Positions 20,121 to 31,631 of a stretch of 64,000 bases of DNA are shown one piece after another. The position numbers and the translations under genes were made by a program. The notes under the pieces were generated by a model that had not been told where the DNA came from, did not search any database, and was given only the letters and a program-made list of their open reading frames with translations. This stretch comes from an uncultured Solirubrobacteraceae bacterium. GTDB taxonomy: Bacteria; Actinomycetota; Thermoleophilia; Solirubrobacterales; Solirubrobacteraceae. The first letter of the stretch is position 1. Every line of letters begins with the position of its first letter. The stretch spans positions 22,247 through 86,246 of the forward strand of contig CAWJNZ010000006.1 in the NCBI GenBank assembly GCA_963844405.1, given 5' to 3'.

Positions 20121-20836
20121 GACCGTCGCTCCAACCAGCCGGTCGTGGCCGCCCAGCACCGCGAGCCTGGCTCGAGGTGCTCGTAGTGGCCCTCGTCGTC
20201 GATCACCACGAGCTCGCAGTCGTCGCCGGCCTCCCGCGCCGCCTCGGCGAACTCGCGCGAGATGCAGACGGGCACGTCGTCGTCGCGCTCGCCGTGCACG
20301 AGCAGCAGCGGCACGCCGATCGGCAGCCGTCGCCGCGGGGACGCCTGGGCGTAGCGGTGCGGCACCTCGTCGGGAGTGCCGCCGAGGAGCAGGTTGACCA
20401 CGTGGTCGGAGGTCCCGAGCCGCGACAGCTCGTCGAGGTCGAGCGCCCCCGCCTGCGAGACGGCGGCGGTCACGAGCCCCTCCGCCGCCGCCCAGACCGC
20501 CAGCTGGCCGCCCGCCGAGTGGCCGATCGCCACCACGCGCGAGGCCTCCAGCGGCAGCGCGCGGATCGCCGCCTCGACGTCCTCGAAGGTCGCCGGCCAG
20601 CCGCCGTCGCCGCCGAGCCGCCGGTACTCGATGTTCCACACCGCCCAGCCGCGCGCCACGAGGTCGCGCGCGATGCCGCCCTCGAGCTCGCGCCCGTAGC
20701 GCTGGCGCCAGAAGCCGCCGTGGATGAGCACGGCGACGTCCCGGGAGTCGCCGTGCAGCTCGCAGACCTGGGACGGATGGTCCCCGTATCTCACGAGCCC
20801 ACCCGGCCGAGGCAAGTGGCTATGCGGTGACGCCAA
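20108..20836 (-). CDS. Alpha/beta hydrolase, probable kynurenine (aryl)formamidase
   Basis: HGGFW oxyanion motif, GHSAGG nucleophile elbow, C-terminal D...H. Overlaps kynU by 13 nt and the upstream aminotransferase by 17 nt. The function is inferred from context. Confidence 0.65.
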   Translation of the reverse strand: MASPHSHLPRPGGLVRYGDHPSQVCELHGDSRDVAVLIHGGFWRQRYGRELEGGIARDLVARGWAVWNIEYRRLGGDGGWPATFEDVEAAIRALPLEASRVVAIGHSAGGQLAVWAAAEGLVTAAVSQAGALDLDELSRLGTSDHVVNLLLGGTPDEVPHRYAQASPRRRLPIGVPLLLVHGERDDDVPVCISREFAEAAREAGDDCELVVIDDEGHYEHLEPGSRCWAATTGWLERRSWVT

Positions 20837-21917
20837 GCGAGCGGACGGCCTCCGCGAGGCGGGAGACCCCCTCGTCGATCTGCGCGGGCGTCACCCCGGA
20901 GTAGGCGAGCCGGAGCGTGTTCTCGCCCCCCTCGAGCAGGAAGTCCGTGCCCTTGACGAAGATCACGCCGCGCTCGGCGGCCGCCTTCTCGAGCTCCGTG
21001 ACCGAGACCTCCGCGGGCAGGACCACCCACATGAAGTAGCCGCCCTCGGGCGGGCTGAACTCGGCCTCGGGGAGATCGCGCCGCAGCGCGGCGACCAGCG
21101 TGTCGCGCCGCTCGCGCAGGGCGTTCTTGACCGTCTCCACCGCGCTGTCGATCCGGCCGGAGCGCACGAACTGGTTGACGATCGACTGGGCGACCATGTT
21201 CGGCGAGATGTAGGTGTTGGTGGCGATCGCCTGGATCTGCTTGATCACCGCCTGCGGGCCGACCAGGTAGCCGACGCGGATGCCGGGGCAGACCGTCTTC
21301 GAGAACGACGACGCGTAGACGACCTGGCCGGAGTCGTCCTGCGAGAGCATCGTCGGCAGGCCCTCGCCCTCGAAGCGGATCGCGATGTACGGGTCGTCCT
21401 CGAACAGCGTGAAGTCGAACTCGCTCGCCAGCTCGAGCAGCTTCGCGCGCTTCGGCGCACTCAGGGTGTAGCCGGCGGGGTTCTGGAAGTTGGGGATCAC
21501 GTGGGCGAGCGTCGGCCGCACGCTCTCCTCGCGCAGCAGCCGGTCGAGGTCGTCGACGTCGATCCCGTCGGTCTCCAGCGCGACCATGTGGATGTCCGCC
21601 CCGCGGTTGCGCAGGTTGAGCAGCGTGCGGTCGTAGGTCGGCGACTCGACGACCACCGAGTCGCCGGCGTTGACGAGCAGCTGGAAGAGGAAGGCGTCGG
21701 CCTGCATCGAGCCGTTGGTCACCAGCACCTGGTCGACCGCCACGCCGTGCTGCTCGGCGATCCACTCGCGCAGCGGCACGTAGCCGACCGACGTCCCGTA
21801 CGCGGTCGTGCCGGCGGCGTCGTTCTCGAACGCCAGCTGCGACGCCTCGCGCAGCCCCTCCACGTCGACGATGTCCAGCGACGGCGCCCCGCGGGCGAAG
21901 GAGATCGTGTCGGCCAT
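20820..21917 (-). CDS. PLP-dependent class I/II aminotransferase (aminoadipate/kynurenine/aromatic type)
   Basis: 365 aa. TNGSMQA, NPAGYT and SSFSKTVCPGIRVGY (PLP-Lys) motifs. Confidence 0.85.
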   Translation of the reverse strand: MADTISFARGAPSLDIVDVEGLREASQLAFENDAAGTTAYGTSVGYVPLREWIAEQHGVAVDQVLVTNGSMQADAFLFQLLVNAGDSVVVESPTYDRTLLNLRNRGADIHMVALETDGIDVDDLDRLLREESVRPTLAHVIPNFQNPAGYTLSAPKRAKLLELASEFDFTLFEDDPYIAIRFEGEGLPTMLSQDDSGQVVYASSFSKTVCPGIRVGYLVGPQAVIKQIQAIATNTYISPNMVAQSIVNQFVRSGRIDSAVETVKNALRERRDTLVAALRRDLPEAEFSPPEGGYFMWVVLPAEVSVTELEKAAAERGVIFVKGTDFLLEGGENTLRLAYSGVTPAQIDEGVSRLAEAVRSLGVTA

Positions 21918-21935
21918 GGCTCGCAGGATACGCGG

Positions 21936-23570
<1,635 letters not shown>

Positions 23571-23622
23571 AGTGAGGCTGGCCGTACTCCGGGCGTCGCG
23601 AGCCGCGGCTAGCGTCCGCCTC

Positions 23623-24234
23623 GTGAGCGAGCCGCCGGAGCTGCGCGTCTCGGATGCCGACCGCGAGGTGGCGGTCGCGCGCCTGCGTCAGGCCGGCGGC
23701 GAGGGCCGGCTGACGCTCGAGGAGCTCGCCGAGCGGGTCGAGCTCGCCGACGCCGCGCGGACGCGCGGCGACCTCGACGCCATCACCGCCGACCTCCCGG
23801 CCGCGACCGGTCACGGCCCGCCGCCGGCGCCGCCCGGCAAGGACCGCCGCTGGCTCGTGGCGATCATGGGGGGCGAGGCGCGCAAGGGGCGCTGGCGGCC
23901 GTCACGGCGCACCAACGCGATTGCCGTCATGGGCGGTGTCGACATCGACCTGCGCGAGGCCGAGCTGGCCGACGGCGCCGAGTTCCTCGCCGTCGGGATC
24001 ATGGGCGCGGTCAGCATCGTCGTGCCCGAGGGCGTCTCGGTCGAGATGAGCGGCTTCGCCTTCATGGGCGGCAACTCGGGCCCCGACGACCGCATCCCGC
24101 CGCTGCCGGAGGCGCCGCTCGTCCGTGTGCGCGCGTTCTCGCTGATGGGCGGCGTCGTGGTCGAGCGCAAGAAGTCGCGCCGGGGTTCAGACCGCCCACG
24201 CCTCGGCGAGTCGGACGACGACCGCGGCGGCTGA
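23623..24234 (+). CDS. DUF1707 (SHOCT-like) protein with LiaF/YvqF-like C-terminal domain
   Basis: LRVSDADREVAVARLRQAGGEGRLTLEELAERVE is the DUF1707 signature. C-terminal repeated MGG...V motifs. The GTG at 23623 is preferred. Confidence 0.7.
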   Translation: MSEPPELRVSDADREVAVARLRQAGGEGRLTLEELAERVELADAARTRGDLDAITADLPAATGHGPPPAPPGKDRRWLVAIMGGEARKGRWRPSRRTNAIAVMGGVDIDLREAELADGAEFLAVGIMGAVSIVVPEGVSVEMSGFAFMGGNSGPDDRIPPLPEAPLVRVRAFSLMGGVVVERKKSRRGSDRPRLGESDDDRGG

Positions 24235-25413
24235 GGCCATGTCCTGCACCGAGGCCCACTCGCGCTTCGAGTGGTACTCGTGGCCGCCGGTGAAGAGGTT
24301 CGGGGTGGGGAGCCCGCGGGCGCTGAGGATCGAGCCGTCGGTGCCGCCGCGGATCGGCACGCGGACCGGCTCGAGCCCTTCCGCGCGGATCGCCCGGGCG
24401 GCTCGCTCGACCACCTCGGGGGAGGCCTCCAGGTGGCGGCGCATGTTCGTGTACTGCGGCTTGACCTCGATCTCCACGCCGGCTGCCACCTCCTCGGCGG
24501 TCCGGCGCACGAGCGCGACGTGCTGCTCGAGCAGCTGCTCGTCGAAGTCGCGCACGATCAGCTTGATCACCGCTCGCGCCGTCGTGGCGTCGACCGCGTA
24601 GGCGTGCACGAAGCCTTCGCGGTCCTGGGTCGCCTCCGGGGTGAGCTCGGGCGGGAGCGCGGCCAGGAAGCGGGCGGCGAGGCGGGTGGCGTTGACGAGC
24701 TTGCCGGTCGCCCAGCCGGGGTGGACGTCGACGCCGCGGAACGTCACGGTGACGCCGACCGCGGAGAACGTCTCGTCCTGCAACTCGCCCGGCTGCGAGC
24801 CGTCGAGCGTGTAGGCGCAGGCCGCGCCGAAGCGCTCGAGGTCGAAGCGCGTGGCGCCGAGGCCGATCTCCTCGTCGGGCGTGAAGCCGACGCGCAGCGT
24901 CGGGCGCGGCAGCTCGGGGTGGGCGGCGAGGTGGGCGACGGCGGCCATGATCTCGGCCACGCCGGCCTTGTCGTCAGCGCCGAGCAGCGTGTCCCCGCTC
25001 GACGTGACGATGTCGTGGCCGGCCTTGGAGGCGAGCACGGGCATGGCGGCCGGGTCGAGCACCGTCCCGCCGCGCGGGAGCTCGATGACGCCGCCTTCGT
25101 AGGCCCGGTGGACGAGCGGCTCGACGCCCGCGCCGTCGACCTCGGGCGTGGTGTCGACGTGGGCGAGCAGGCCGACGACCGGGCCGCTGCCGGGCAGCGT
25201 CGCGAAGACGAAGCCGCCCTCGTCCATCGCCGCGTCGTCGAGCCCGATCTCCTTCAGCTCCTCCACCAGCAGCCGGCCGAGCTCGAGCTGGCCGGGCGTG
25301 CTCGGCTCGCTGCCCGTCTCGGTCGACGACTGCGTGTCGACGCGGACGTAGCGCTGGAAGCGCTCGAGCACGTCCGGCGCGAGCGCCTCGGCGAGCGGGG
25401 AGGTGAAGCTCAC
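24187..25413 (-). CDS. pepT: Peptidase T (M20B tripeptidase)
   Basis: [13 protein letters not shown]...[22 protein letters not shown]...LLAHVDTTP. 408 aa, intact. Confidence 0.9.
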   Translation of the reverse strand: MSFTSPLAEALAPDVLERFQRYVRVDTQSSTETGSEPSTPGQLELGRLLVEELKEIGLDDAAMDEGGFVFATLPGSGPVVGLLAHVDTTPEVDGAGVEPLVHRAYEGGVIELPRGGTVLDPAAMPVLASKAGHDIVTSSGDTLLGADDKAGVAEIMAAVAHLAAHPELPRPTLRVGFTPDEEIGLGATRFDLERFGAACAYTLDGSQPGELQDETFSAVGVTVTFRGVDVHPGWATGKLVNATRLAARFLAALPPELTPEATQDREGFVHAYAVDATTARAVIKLIVRDFDEQLLEQHVALVRRTAEEVAAGVEIEVKPQYTNMRRHLEASPEVVERAARAIRAEGLEPVRVPIRGGTDGSILSARGLPTPNLFTGGHEYHSKREWASVQDMASAAAVVVRLAEAWAV

Positions 25414-26294
25414 TTCGCCAGCGAGCCGGCGATCTCCGCCGCGATCTCCGCGACCTCGGTCGGCGTCCGGCCGACGCGCACGCCGCGCGCCTCGAGCGCC
25501 TCCTGCTTGGCGGCCGCCGTGCCGGCGGTGCCGGAGACGATCGCGCCCGCGTGGCCCATGGTCTTGCCGGGCGGCGCCGTGAAGCCCGCGATGTAGGCCA
25601 CGACCGGCTTGCTCACGTTCTCGGCGATGAACTCGGCCGCCTCCTCCTCGGCCGAGCCGCCGATCTCGCCCGCCATCACGATCAGCTCGGTCTCGTCGTC
25701 GGCTTCGAACAGCGCGATGATGTCGATGAAGCTCGAGCCGGGCACGGGGTCGCCGCCGATGCCGACGATGCTCGAGTTGCCGAAGCCGCGCTGGGCGAGC
25801 TCGTTGCCGATCTGGTAGGTCAGCGTGCCGGACCGGCTGACCACGCCGACGTTGCCCTCCCTGAAGAAGGCGGCCGGGATGATGCCGACGTTCGCCTTGC
25901 CCGGCGAGAGGATGCCCGGGCAGTTGGGGCCGACCAGGCGCACGTTCGGATTGCGCGCGAGGTGGTTGTAGACGCGCAGCTCGTCGTGCGCGGGGATGCC
26001 CTCGGTGATGGCCACGACGAGCTCGATGCCGGCGTCCTCGGCCTCGAGGATCGAGTCGGCGGCGAAGCGCGGCGGCACGAAGATCATCGCCGTGTTGGCG
26101 CCGGTCTCGGCGACCGCGTCGTGGAACGTGTTGAAGACGGGGATGCCCTCGACGTCCTGGCCGCCCTTGCCGGGGGTGACGCCGGACACGACGTCGGTCC
26201 CGTAGCTGCGGTTGTTGAGCGTGTGGAAGGTGCCCTCGCGGCCGGTGATGCCGCTCACGCAGAGCTTCGTCTCGGTGCCGACGAGGATGCTCAT
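25410..26294 (-). CDS. sucD: Succinyl-CoA synthetase alpha subunit
   Basis: [24 protein letters not shown]...SRSGTLTY...MGHAGAI (catalytic His). ATGA overlap with the sucC stop. Confidence 0.95.
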   Translation of the reverse strand: MSILVGTETKLCVSGITGREGTFHTLNNRSYGTDVVSGVTPGKGGQDVEGIPVFNTFHDAVAETGANTAMIFVPPRFAADSILEAEDAGIELVVAITEGIPAHDELRVYNHLARNPNVRLVGPNCPGILSPGKANVGIIPAAFFREGNVGVVSRSGTLTYQIGNELAQRGFGNSSIVGIGGDPVPGSSFIDIIALFEADDETELIVMAGEIGGSAEEEAAEFIAENVSKPVVAYIAGFTAPPGKTMGHAGAIVSGTAGTAAAKQEALEARGVRVGRTPTEVAEIAAEIAGSLAK

Positions 26295-27431
26295 CCGGCC
26301 AGCTCCACCACGCGGCGGGCGGCGTCGAGCATCGTCGCCTCGGTGTGCACGTTGGGCAGGTCGGCCTCGGCCAGCAGGGCGCGGCCCTCCTTGTCGTTGG
26401 TCCCGTCGAGCCGTACCACGAACGGCACGTCCGGCTTGATCTGGGCGAACGCCTCGATCAGGCCCCTGGCCACCTCGTCGCAGCGCGTGATGCCGCCGAA
26501 GATGTTGAAGAGCACGGCGGTGACGTTCTCGTTGGAGAGGATCACCTCGACCGCCTGGGTGATCGCCTCGGCCTTCGAGCCGCCGCCGGCGTCGAGGAAG
26601 TTCGCCGGCTGGCCGCCCGCCTGCGCCACCACGTCGAGCGTCGACATGACGAGCCCGGCGCCGTTGCCGAGGATGCCGACGTTGCCGTCGAGCTTGACGT
26701 AGGTCAGCCCGCGCTCGCGCGCCATCCGCTCCTGCGGGTCCTCGCCCTCGGTGTTGCGCAGCGCCGCGTTGTCGGCGTGGCGGAAGAGGCTGTTGTCGTC
26801 GAGCGTGACCTTGGCGTCGAGCGCCATCGACCTCGCGGTTCGAGGTGACGATCAGCGGGTTGACCTCGACGAGCATCGCCTCCTCGGCGGCGAAGGCGTC
26901 GTAGAGCGTGTTGAGCAGGGCGCCGACCGGGCGCACCACGTCGGCGTCGACGCCGGCCTCGAAGGCGAGCCGTCGCGCATGGAAGTCCTGGAAGCCGAGC
27001 AGCGGGTCGACGTGCAGGCGGGCGATCGCGGTCGGGTCGCGCTCGGCCACCTCCTCGATGTCCATCCCGCCCTGGGTCGAGAGCATGACCAGCGGGCGCT
27101 TGGCGCTGCGGTCGAAGACGATCGAGGCGTAGTACTCGGCCGCGATGTCCGACGCCGCCTCGACCCACACCTCGTGCACGGTATGGCCGCGGATGTCCAT
27201 CCCGAGGATCGCCTTGGCGTGCTCCTCGGCCTCGGACCGGTCGTTGGCGACCTGGATGCCGCCGGCCTTGCCGCGGCCTCCGATCTGCACCTGCGCCTTG
27301 ATCACGCAGGGGTAGCCGATCTCGTCGGCGGCCGCGACCGCCTCCTCGACCGTGGTGGCGGGGGAGCCGGAGGGGACCGGGACCCCGTGGCGGGCGAACA
27401 GCTGCTTGCCCTGATACTCCAGGAGATCCAT
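26291..27431 (-). pseudogene. sucC: Succinyl-CoA synthetase beta subunit, single 1-nt frame break at 26828
   Basis: [20 protein letters not shown]...[11 protein letters not shown] in one frame. [17 protein letters not shown]...[12 protein letters not shown]...[13 protein letters not shown] in the next (track ORF 26291..26827). One extra base separates the two. Confidence 0.9.
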
Positions 27432-27450
27432 AAGGGGCGCCGATGCTAGC

Positions 27451-28140
27451 TCAGCGCCAGACCTCGACGACGATCGCGCGGTCGTCGGCGGTCGGCGCGA
27501 GGCCGACGATGACCGCGCAGCCCTCGGCGAGCCGGTCGCCGCGCGGGCCCATGACCTCGACGTCCGAGAGCTTCGACCTCGTCCTGAAGGTCAGAGCGCG
27601 GCCGCGCAGGCGCTCGCGGGCGAGGCGCTCGAGGTCGTCGACGCCGAAGCAGCGCTCGCCGCTGGCGTCCATCAGGCGCAGGCCCGCCCCGTCGATGAGG
27701 TCGAGCGTCGAGCGGCGCGGAGCGGGCGTGACGATCAGCCGGCGCTTGTCGGTGAGCAACGCGCCCTCGATCGAGCGCGACCCGTCGCCGTCGAGGGCCA
27801 GTGCCGCGCCGCACGGCCCGTCGCCGAGGTCGTCGCGCACCTGCACGCGCCAGCCGGCCCAGCCGAGCCGGTCGAGGGCTCCCTGCGCCCGCTCGGCGAA
27901 GGTGTCCAGCGGCACGCAGTCGGCCGACGCCTCGAGCGCCGCCAGCTCGCGCTGGAGCACGACGACGCGCGCGCGGGCCGCCGTGTACTCAGGCGGCAGC
28001 GGCTCGAGCCCGCGCCGCTCGCAGGTTCCCGGGCGCCCCGGCAGCACGCGCACCGTCTCGTCGGCGCAGGCCACGAGCGGCCCCTCGATGCCGAGCAGGC
28101 GGCGACAGGTCTCGATCGGGGTCTCCTGCCCCGTCGGCAC
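27451..28140 (-). CDS. Hypothetical protein downstream of (or formerly fused to) the ECF sigma gene
   Basis: Coding-looking part of ORF 27451..28368 ([23 protein letters not shown]...AIVVEVWR). GTG at 28140. No recognisable domain and no TM segment. Confidence 0.45.
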   Translation of the reverse strand: MPTGQETPIETCRRLLGIEGPLVACADETVRVLPGRPGTCERRGLEPLPPEYTAARARVVVLQRELAALEASADCVPLDTFAERAQGALDRLGWAGWRVQVRDDLGDGPCGAALALDGDGSRSIEGALLTDKRRLIVTPAPRRSTLDLIDGAGLRLMDASGERCFGVDDLERLARERLRGRALTFRTRSKLSDVEVMGPRGDRLAEGCAVIVGLAPTADDRAIVVEVWR

Positions 28141-28149
28141 CGAGGTCGT

Positions 28150-28580
28150 GGTGCCGGTGCCGTCCTGCCGGCAAGCCGCTCGGGGCTGGTGAAGACGCCG
28201 GAGGCGGCGGCGACGCCGGTGGCCGCGTCGGCGAGCGCCTCGATCCGGGCGATCGACTCGTCGTCGAGCGGCGGGATCTCGATCGCCAGGCGGCGCACCG
28301 CCCGGAGCTCGACCGCCTGGCGCCGGTACCAGTGCGACAGCTCCTTGGCGGCGATCCCGTACAGCCACGCGGCGCCCGGGGCGCCGACGTCGCGGAACCG
28401 CCGGCGGCGCTCGAAGGCGACGGCGAAGGTCTCGGCCAGCAGGTCGCCGGCCACCTCGGCATCGAGCACCCGCCGGTAGAAGTAGGCCAGCAGCCGGTCC
28501 GCCCAGCGGTCGTAGAGCTCGCGGAAGGCGCGCGGATCGTCGCGCGAGGCGATCAGCAGCTCAGCGTCGGTCCGGGCCAT
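28150..28580 (-). pseudogene. ECF sigma-70 factor, sigma-2 region only (region 4 not detectable)
   Basis: MARTDAELLIASRDDPRAFRELYDRWADRLLAYFYRRV...DLLAETFAVAF...AWLYGIAAKELSHWYRRQAVELRAVRRL. After IEALADAA the frame stays open to 27735 but turns into Arg/Pro-rich low-complexity sequence. The lower boundary is approximate. Confidence 0.55.
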
Positions 28581-28587
28581 CGCTCCG

Positions 28588-28616
28588 AGAACGCCGCAGG
28601 CCGGACGAAACGTTAC
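28588..28616 (-). promoter_or_regulatory. Candidate ECF-type autoregulated promoter
   Basis: Minus strand reads GTAAC-N18-CGTTCT, ending 8 nt before the sigma ATG. The spacer is one or two nt longer than typical. Confidence 0.25.
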
Positions 28617-28642
28617 GCGGTCGTGTCACAATCCACGGCCGC

Positions 28643-29323
28643 ATGCCGCTGCCCAAGGAAGTCAACTTCGTCACCTTCGACGTCTACGGCACCCTCATCG
28701 ACTGGGAGACGGGTGTCTTCGATGCCTTCGCCAAGGAGGCCGAGCGCGACGGGTACACGCTCTCGAAGGAGGAGCTGATCCCGCTCTTCCTCAAGACGCA
28801 GCAGGAGATCAAGGGCGGCTCCTACGAGCTCTACGCCGAGGTCCTGCGGCGCACGGCGGTGCAGATCTCGCGCGAGCTCGGGTGGCCGCTGGAGCCGAGC
28901 CGCTCCGGCTTCCTGCCCGACTCGGTGGCCCGCTGGCCCCCGTACAAGGAGACCAACACCCAGCTCGACCGCTTCGCCAAGAAGTTCGACGTCGGGCTGA
29001 TCTCCAACATCGACGACAAGCTCCTCGGCCTCACGCGCCGCCACTTCAAGGTCGACTTCGACCTCGTGGTCACCGCGCAGCAGGTCCGCTCCTACAAGCC
29101 GGACCCGGCGCACTTCAAGGAGGGCGAGCGCCGCATCGGCGGCAGGAAGGGCTGGGTTCACGTCGGGTCGAGCTACTACTACGACGTCGAGCCGTGCGTC
29201 AAGCTCAAGATCCCCGTGATCTGGGTCAACCGCACGGGCGAGACGCTGGACCCGGGCGCCAAGAAGCCGACCGCCGAGGTCAAGAGCCTGCTCGAGGCGG
29301 CGCGCCTGCTCGGGGCGGCGTGA
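28643..29323 (+). CDS. HAD-superfamily hydrolase, haloacid dehalogenase type II-like
   Basis: FDVYGTLIDWE motif I and SYKPD. 226 aa, intact. Confidence 0.85.
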   Translation: MPLPKEVNFVTFDVYGTLIDWETGVFDAFAKEAERDGYTLSKEELIPLFLKTQQEIKGGSYELYAEVLRRTAVQISRELGWPLEPSRSGFLPDSVARWPPYKETNTQLDRFAKKFDVGLISNIDDKLLGLTRRHFKVDFDLVVTAQQVRSYKPDPAHFKEGERRIGGRKGWVHVGSSYYYDVEPCVKLKIPVIWVNRTGETLDPGAKKPTAEVKSLLEAARLLGAA

Positions 29324-30102
29324 GGGCCGTCGGGCTCCACGCAGACGTCGTCGTCGCCACCTCCCGCGCCTACCAGACCACCTGCACCCTCGTGCGCTCC
29401 GGCGGCGAGGCCTTCTGCATCGACTCGCCGGTCTTCCCCGACGAGCTGGAGATCCTGCCCGCGCTGGCCCAGCAGTCGGGGTTCGACGTCGTCGGGCTGC
29501 TCGCGACCCACGCCGACTGGGACCACCTGCTCGGCCGCTATGCCTTTCCCGAGGCGCCGCTCGGGTGCGCGGAGACGACCGCCGCGCGGCTGGTGAACGA
29601 GCCCGGCGCCGCCCAGCGGGAGCTGCGCGAGTTCGACGACGAGCACTACGTCGAGCGCCCGCGGCCCTTGTCGATTGGGTCCCACCCACCCACGCAGCGG
29701 CTGCCGGTGCCGGGGAAGGTGGAGGTCGGCGACCGCGAGCTCGAGCTGCAGCCGGCCGACGGCCACACCGAGGACGGCATGGCGGTCTGGATCCCGTGGG
29801 CGCGCGTGCTCGTCTGCGGCGACTACGTCTCGCCGGTCGAGATCCCGATGCTGCACGAGAAGGGCTCGGCGTCCGCGTACCTGGCCACGCTGGCGCGGCT
29901 CGAGCCGCTGGTCGAGCAGGCCGACCACGTCGTGCCGGGGCACGGCGCGCCGATCGACGGCACGCGCGCCGCGGCCATCCTGCGCGAGGACCGCGCCTAC
30001 CTGGAGGCGCTGCTCGAGCACAGCGAGGCGGCCAAGCTGCCGCTGGCACGCCGCACGCCGGCGCAGCGCCGCATCCACGAGCGCAACGCGAGCCTGGTGT
30101 GA
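29320..30102 (+). CDS. MBL-fold metallo-hydrolase
   Basis: The GTG at 29320 overlaps the upstream stop (GTGA). THADWDH metal motif and later PGHG. Confidence 0.8.
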   Translation: MRAVGLHADVVVATSRAYQTTCTLVRSGGEAFCIDSPVFPDELEILPALAQQSGFDVVGLLATHADWDHLLGRYAFPEAPLGCAETTAARLVNEPGAAQRELREFDDEHYVERPRPLSIGSHPPTQRLPVPGKVEVGDRELELQPADGHTEDGMAVWIPWARVLVCGDYVSPVEIPMLHEKGSASAYLATLARLEPLVEQADHVVPGHGAPIDGTRAAAILREDRAYLEALLEHSEAAKLPLARRTPAQRRIHERNASLV

Positions 30103-31418
30103 GCCTGCACGACGTCGACCCCGAGCTCGCCGCGGCCGTCTTCGAGACGGCGCTGGCGCGGCTGCGAGCCGACCCGCCGGCGCTCGGCCTGGCGCCCGAG
30201 CCGGAGGCGCTGCCCGCGGGCATGATCACGCGCGAGGGGCTCGGCGGCGAGCGCGCGCTGGCCCTGCTGCGGGACACGCTGCTGCCGACGACGACGGCGA
30301 TCGACCACCCGCGCTACCTCGCCTTCATCCCCGGCGCCTCGACGCCGGCCGCCTCGCTCGTCGACCTGCTGGTCAGCGTCTACGCCGTCTACGGCGGCTC
30401 GTGGATGGAGTCCGCCGGCGTCGCGCACGCCGAGAACGAGGCGCTGCGCTGGCTGGCCGACCTGGCCGGGTTCCCGGAGGGCGCCGGCGGCTGCTTCGTC
30501 CAGGGCGGCACGAACGGCAACCTCTCGGCGCTGCATGCGGCACGCGAGCGCGCCCGCCACGCTGGCGCCGCAGCCACGCGCGTGGCGGTCAGCGAGGAGG
30601 TCCACTCGTCGGTGCGCTCGATGCTTCAGATCATGGACTGCGGGACGCTCGAGGTGCCGGGCGCGCGGCTGACGGGCGAGGCCCTGCGCGCCGCCTTGCA
30701 GGACGGCGAGGGCGTCTTCGCGGTGGTCGCCACCGCCGGGACGACGAACCTCGGCACGATCGACGACCTGGCCGGCGTGGCCGAGGTGTGCGGCGAGCGC
30801 GGGCTGTGGCTGCACGTCGACGGCGCGTACGGCCTCGGCGCCCTCTGCGCCGCGAGCGTCCGCGACCGCTTCGCCGGCATCGAGCGGGCCGACTCCTTCA
30901 TCGTCGACCCGCACAAGTGGCTGTTCGCGCCGTTCGACTCGTGCGCCCTGGTCTACCGCGACCCCGCCTACGGCCGCGCCGCGCACCGCCAGCACGCGGG
31001 ATATCTCGAGGCGCTGTACGCCGACGACACCCACTTCAACCCGTCCGACTACGGCGTCCACCTCACTCGCCGCCCGCGCGGGCTGCCCTTCTGGTTCTCG
31101 CTCGCCCTCCACGGCACCGACGCCTATGCGGAGGCGGTGGAGCGCACGCTGGCCGTCACGCGCGAGGCGGCGGACGAGGTCCGCGCGCGCGAGGAGCTCG
31201 AGCTCGTGGCCGAGCCGGAGCTGTCGGTCGTCGTCTTCCGCCGGCGCGGCTGGGCGGCGGCCGACTACGAGCGCTGGGCGGTCCGGCTGCGCGAGGCCGG
31301 CACCGCCTTCGTGCTGCCCACGACGCACGAGGGCGAGACCGTCGCCAGGCTCGCGCTGGTCAACCCGCGCACCACGCTCGCGGACGTCCGGTCGGTGCTC
31401 GACGCGATGGGCGGCTAG
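30099..31418 (+). CDS. PLP-dependent group II decarboxylase
   Basis: The GTG at 30099 overlaps the upstream stop (GTGA). GGTNGNLSAL, HVDGAYG and IVDPHKWLF (PLP-Lys). Confidence 0.85.
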   Translation: MSLHDVDPELAAAVFETALARLRADPPALGLAPEPEALPAGMITREGLGGERALALLRDTLLPTTTAIDHPRYLAFIPGASTPAASLVDLLVSVYAVYGGSWMESAGVAHAENEALRWLADLAGFPEGAGGCFVQGGTNGNLSALHAARERARHAGAAATRVAVSEEVHSSVRSMLQIMDCGTLEVPGARLTGEALRAALQDGEGVFAVVATAGTTNLGTIDDLAGVAEVCGERGLWLHVDGAYGLGALCAASVRDRFAGIERADSFIVDPHKWLFAPFDSCALVYRDPAYGRAAHRQHAGYLEALYADDTHFNPSDYGVHLTRRPRGLPFWFSLALHGTDAYAEAVERTLAVTREAADEVRAREELELVAEPELSVVVFRRRGWAAADYERWAVRLREAGTAFVLPTTHEGETVARLALVNPRTTLADVRSVLDAMGG

Positions 31419-31481
31419 CCGCACCCTCATACACCTGTCCGCTTCCTTCAAGAACCGCCCGGAGAGGGCGATCCTCCCGCC

Positions 31482-31631
31482 ATGAACACCCCGCCGCTCA
31501 AGCCGGTTCGCACGGCGAACGTCCAGCAGATGCTGGCGACGCAGCGCGACCTGCACCAGCGCCAGCGCGAGCTGGTCCGGGCCAGCCTCACGCTGTGCCC
31601 GGGCAAGGCTCCGCGCCGCCCGGCTCGCTAG
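31482..31631 (+). CDS. Possible 49-aa basic small protein
   Basis: Not in the track. ATG at 31482 with GGAGAGGG 13 nt upstream. High G/C third-position bias. No recognisable motif. Confidence 0.3.
   Translation: MNTPPLKPVRTANVQQMLATQRDLHQRQRELVRASLTLCPGKAPRRPAR

Noticed and set aside
16614-20639. 1341-aa ORF on the minus strand, the longest in this region
   Set aside because: Most of it is Arg/Gly/Pro/Ala-rich low-complexity sequence typical of off-frame or antisense reading in very GC-rich DNA. Only the short stretch MGDLTREAAA...VVV is real (the kynureninase N-terminus). The rest overlaps well-supported genes in other frames or on the other strand.
25410-27431. 673-aa ORF that looks like a SucC-SucD fusion protein
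   Set aside because: It is an artefact. The sucC N-terminal frame happens to coincide with the sucD frame, and the middle about 180 residues are Arg-rich nonsense. The true sucC C-terminus is in ORF 26291..26827.
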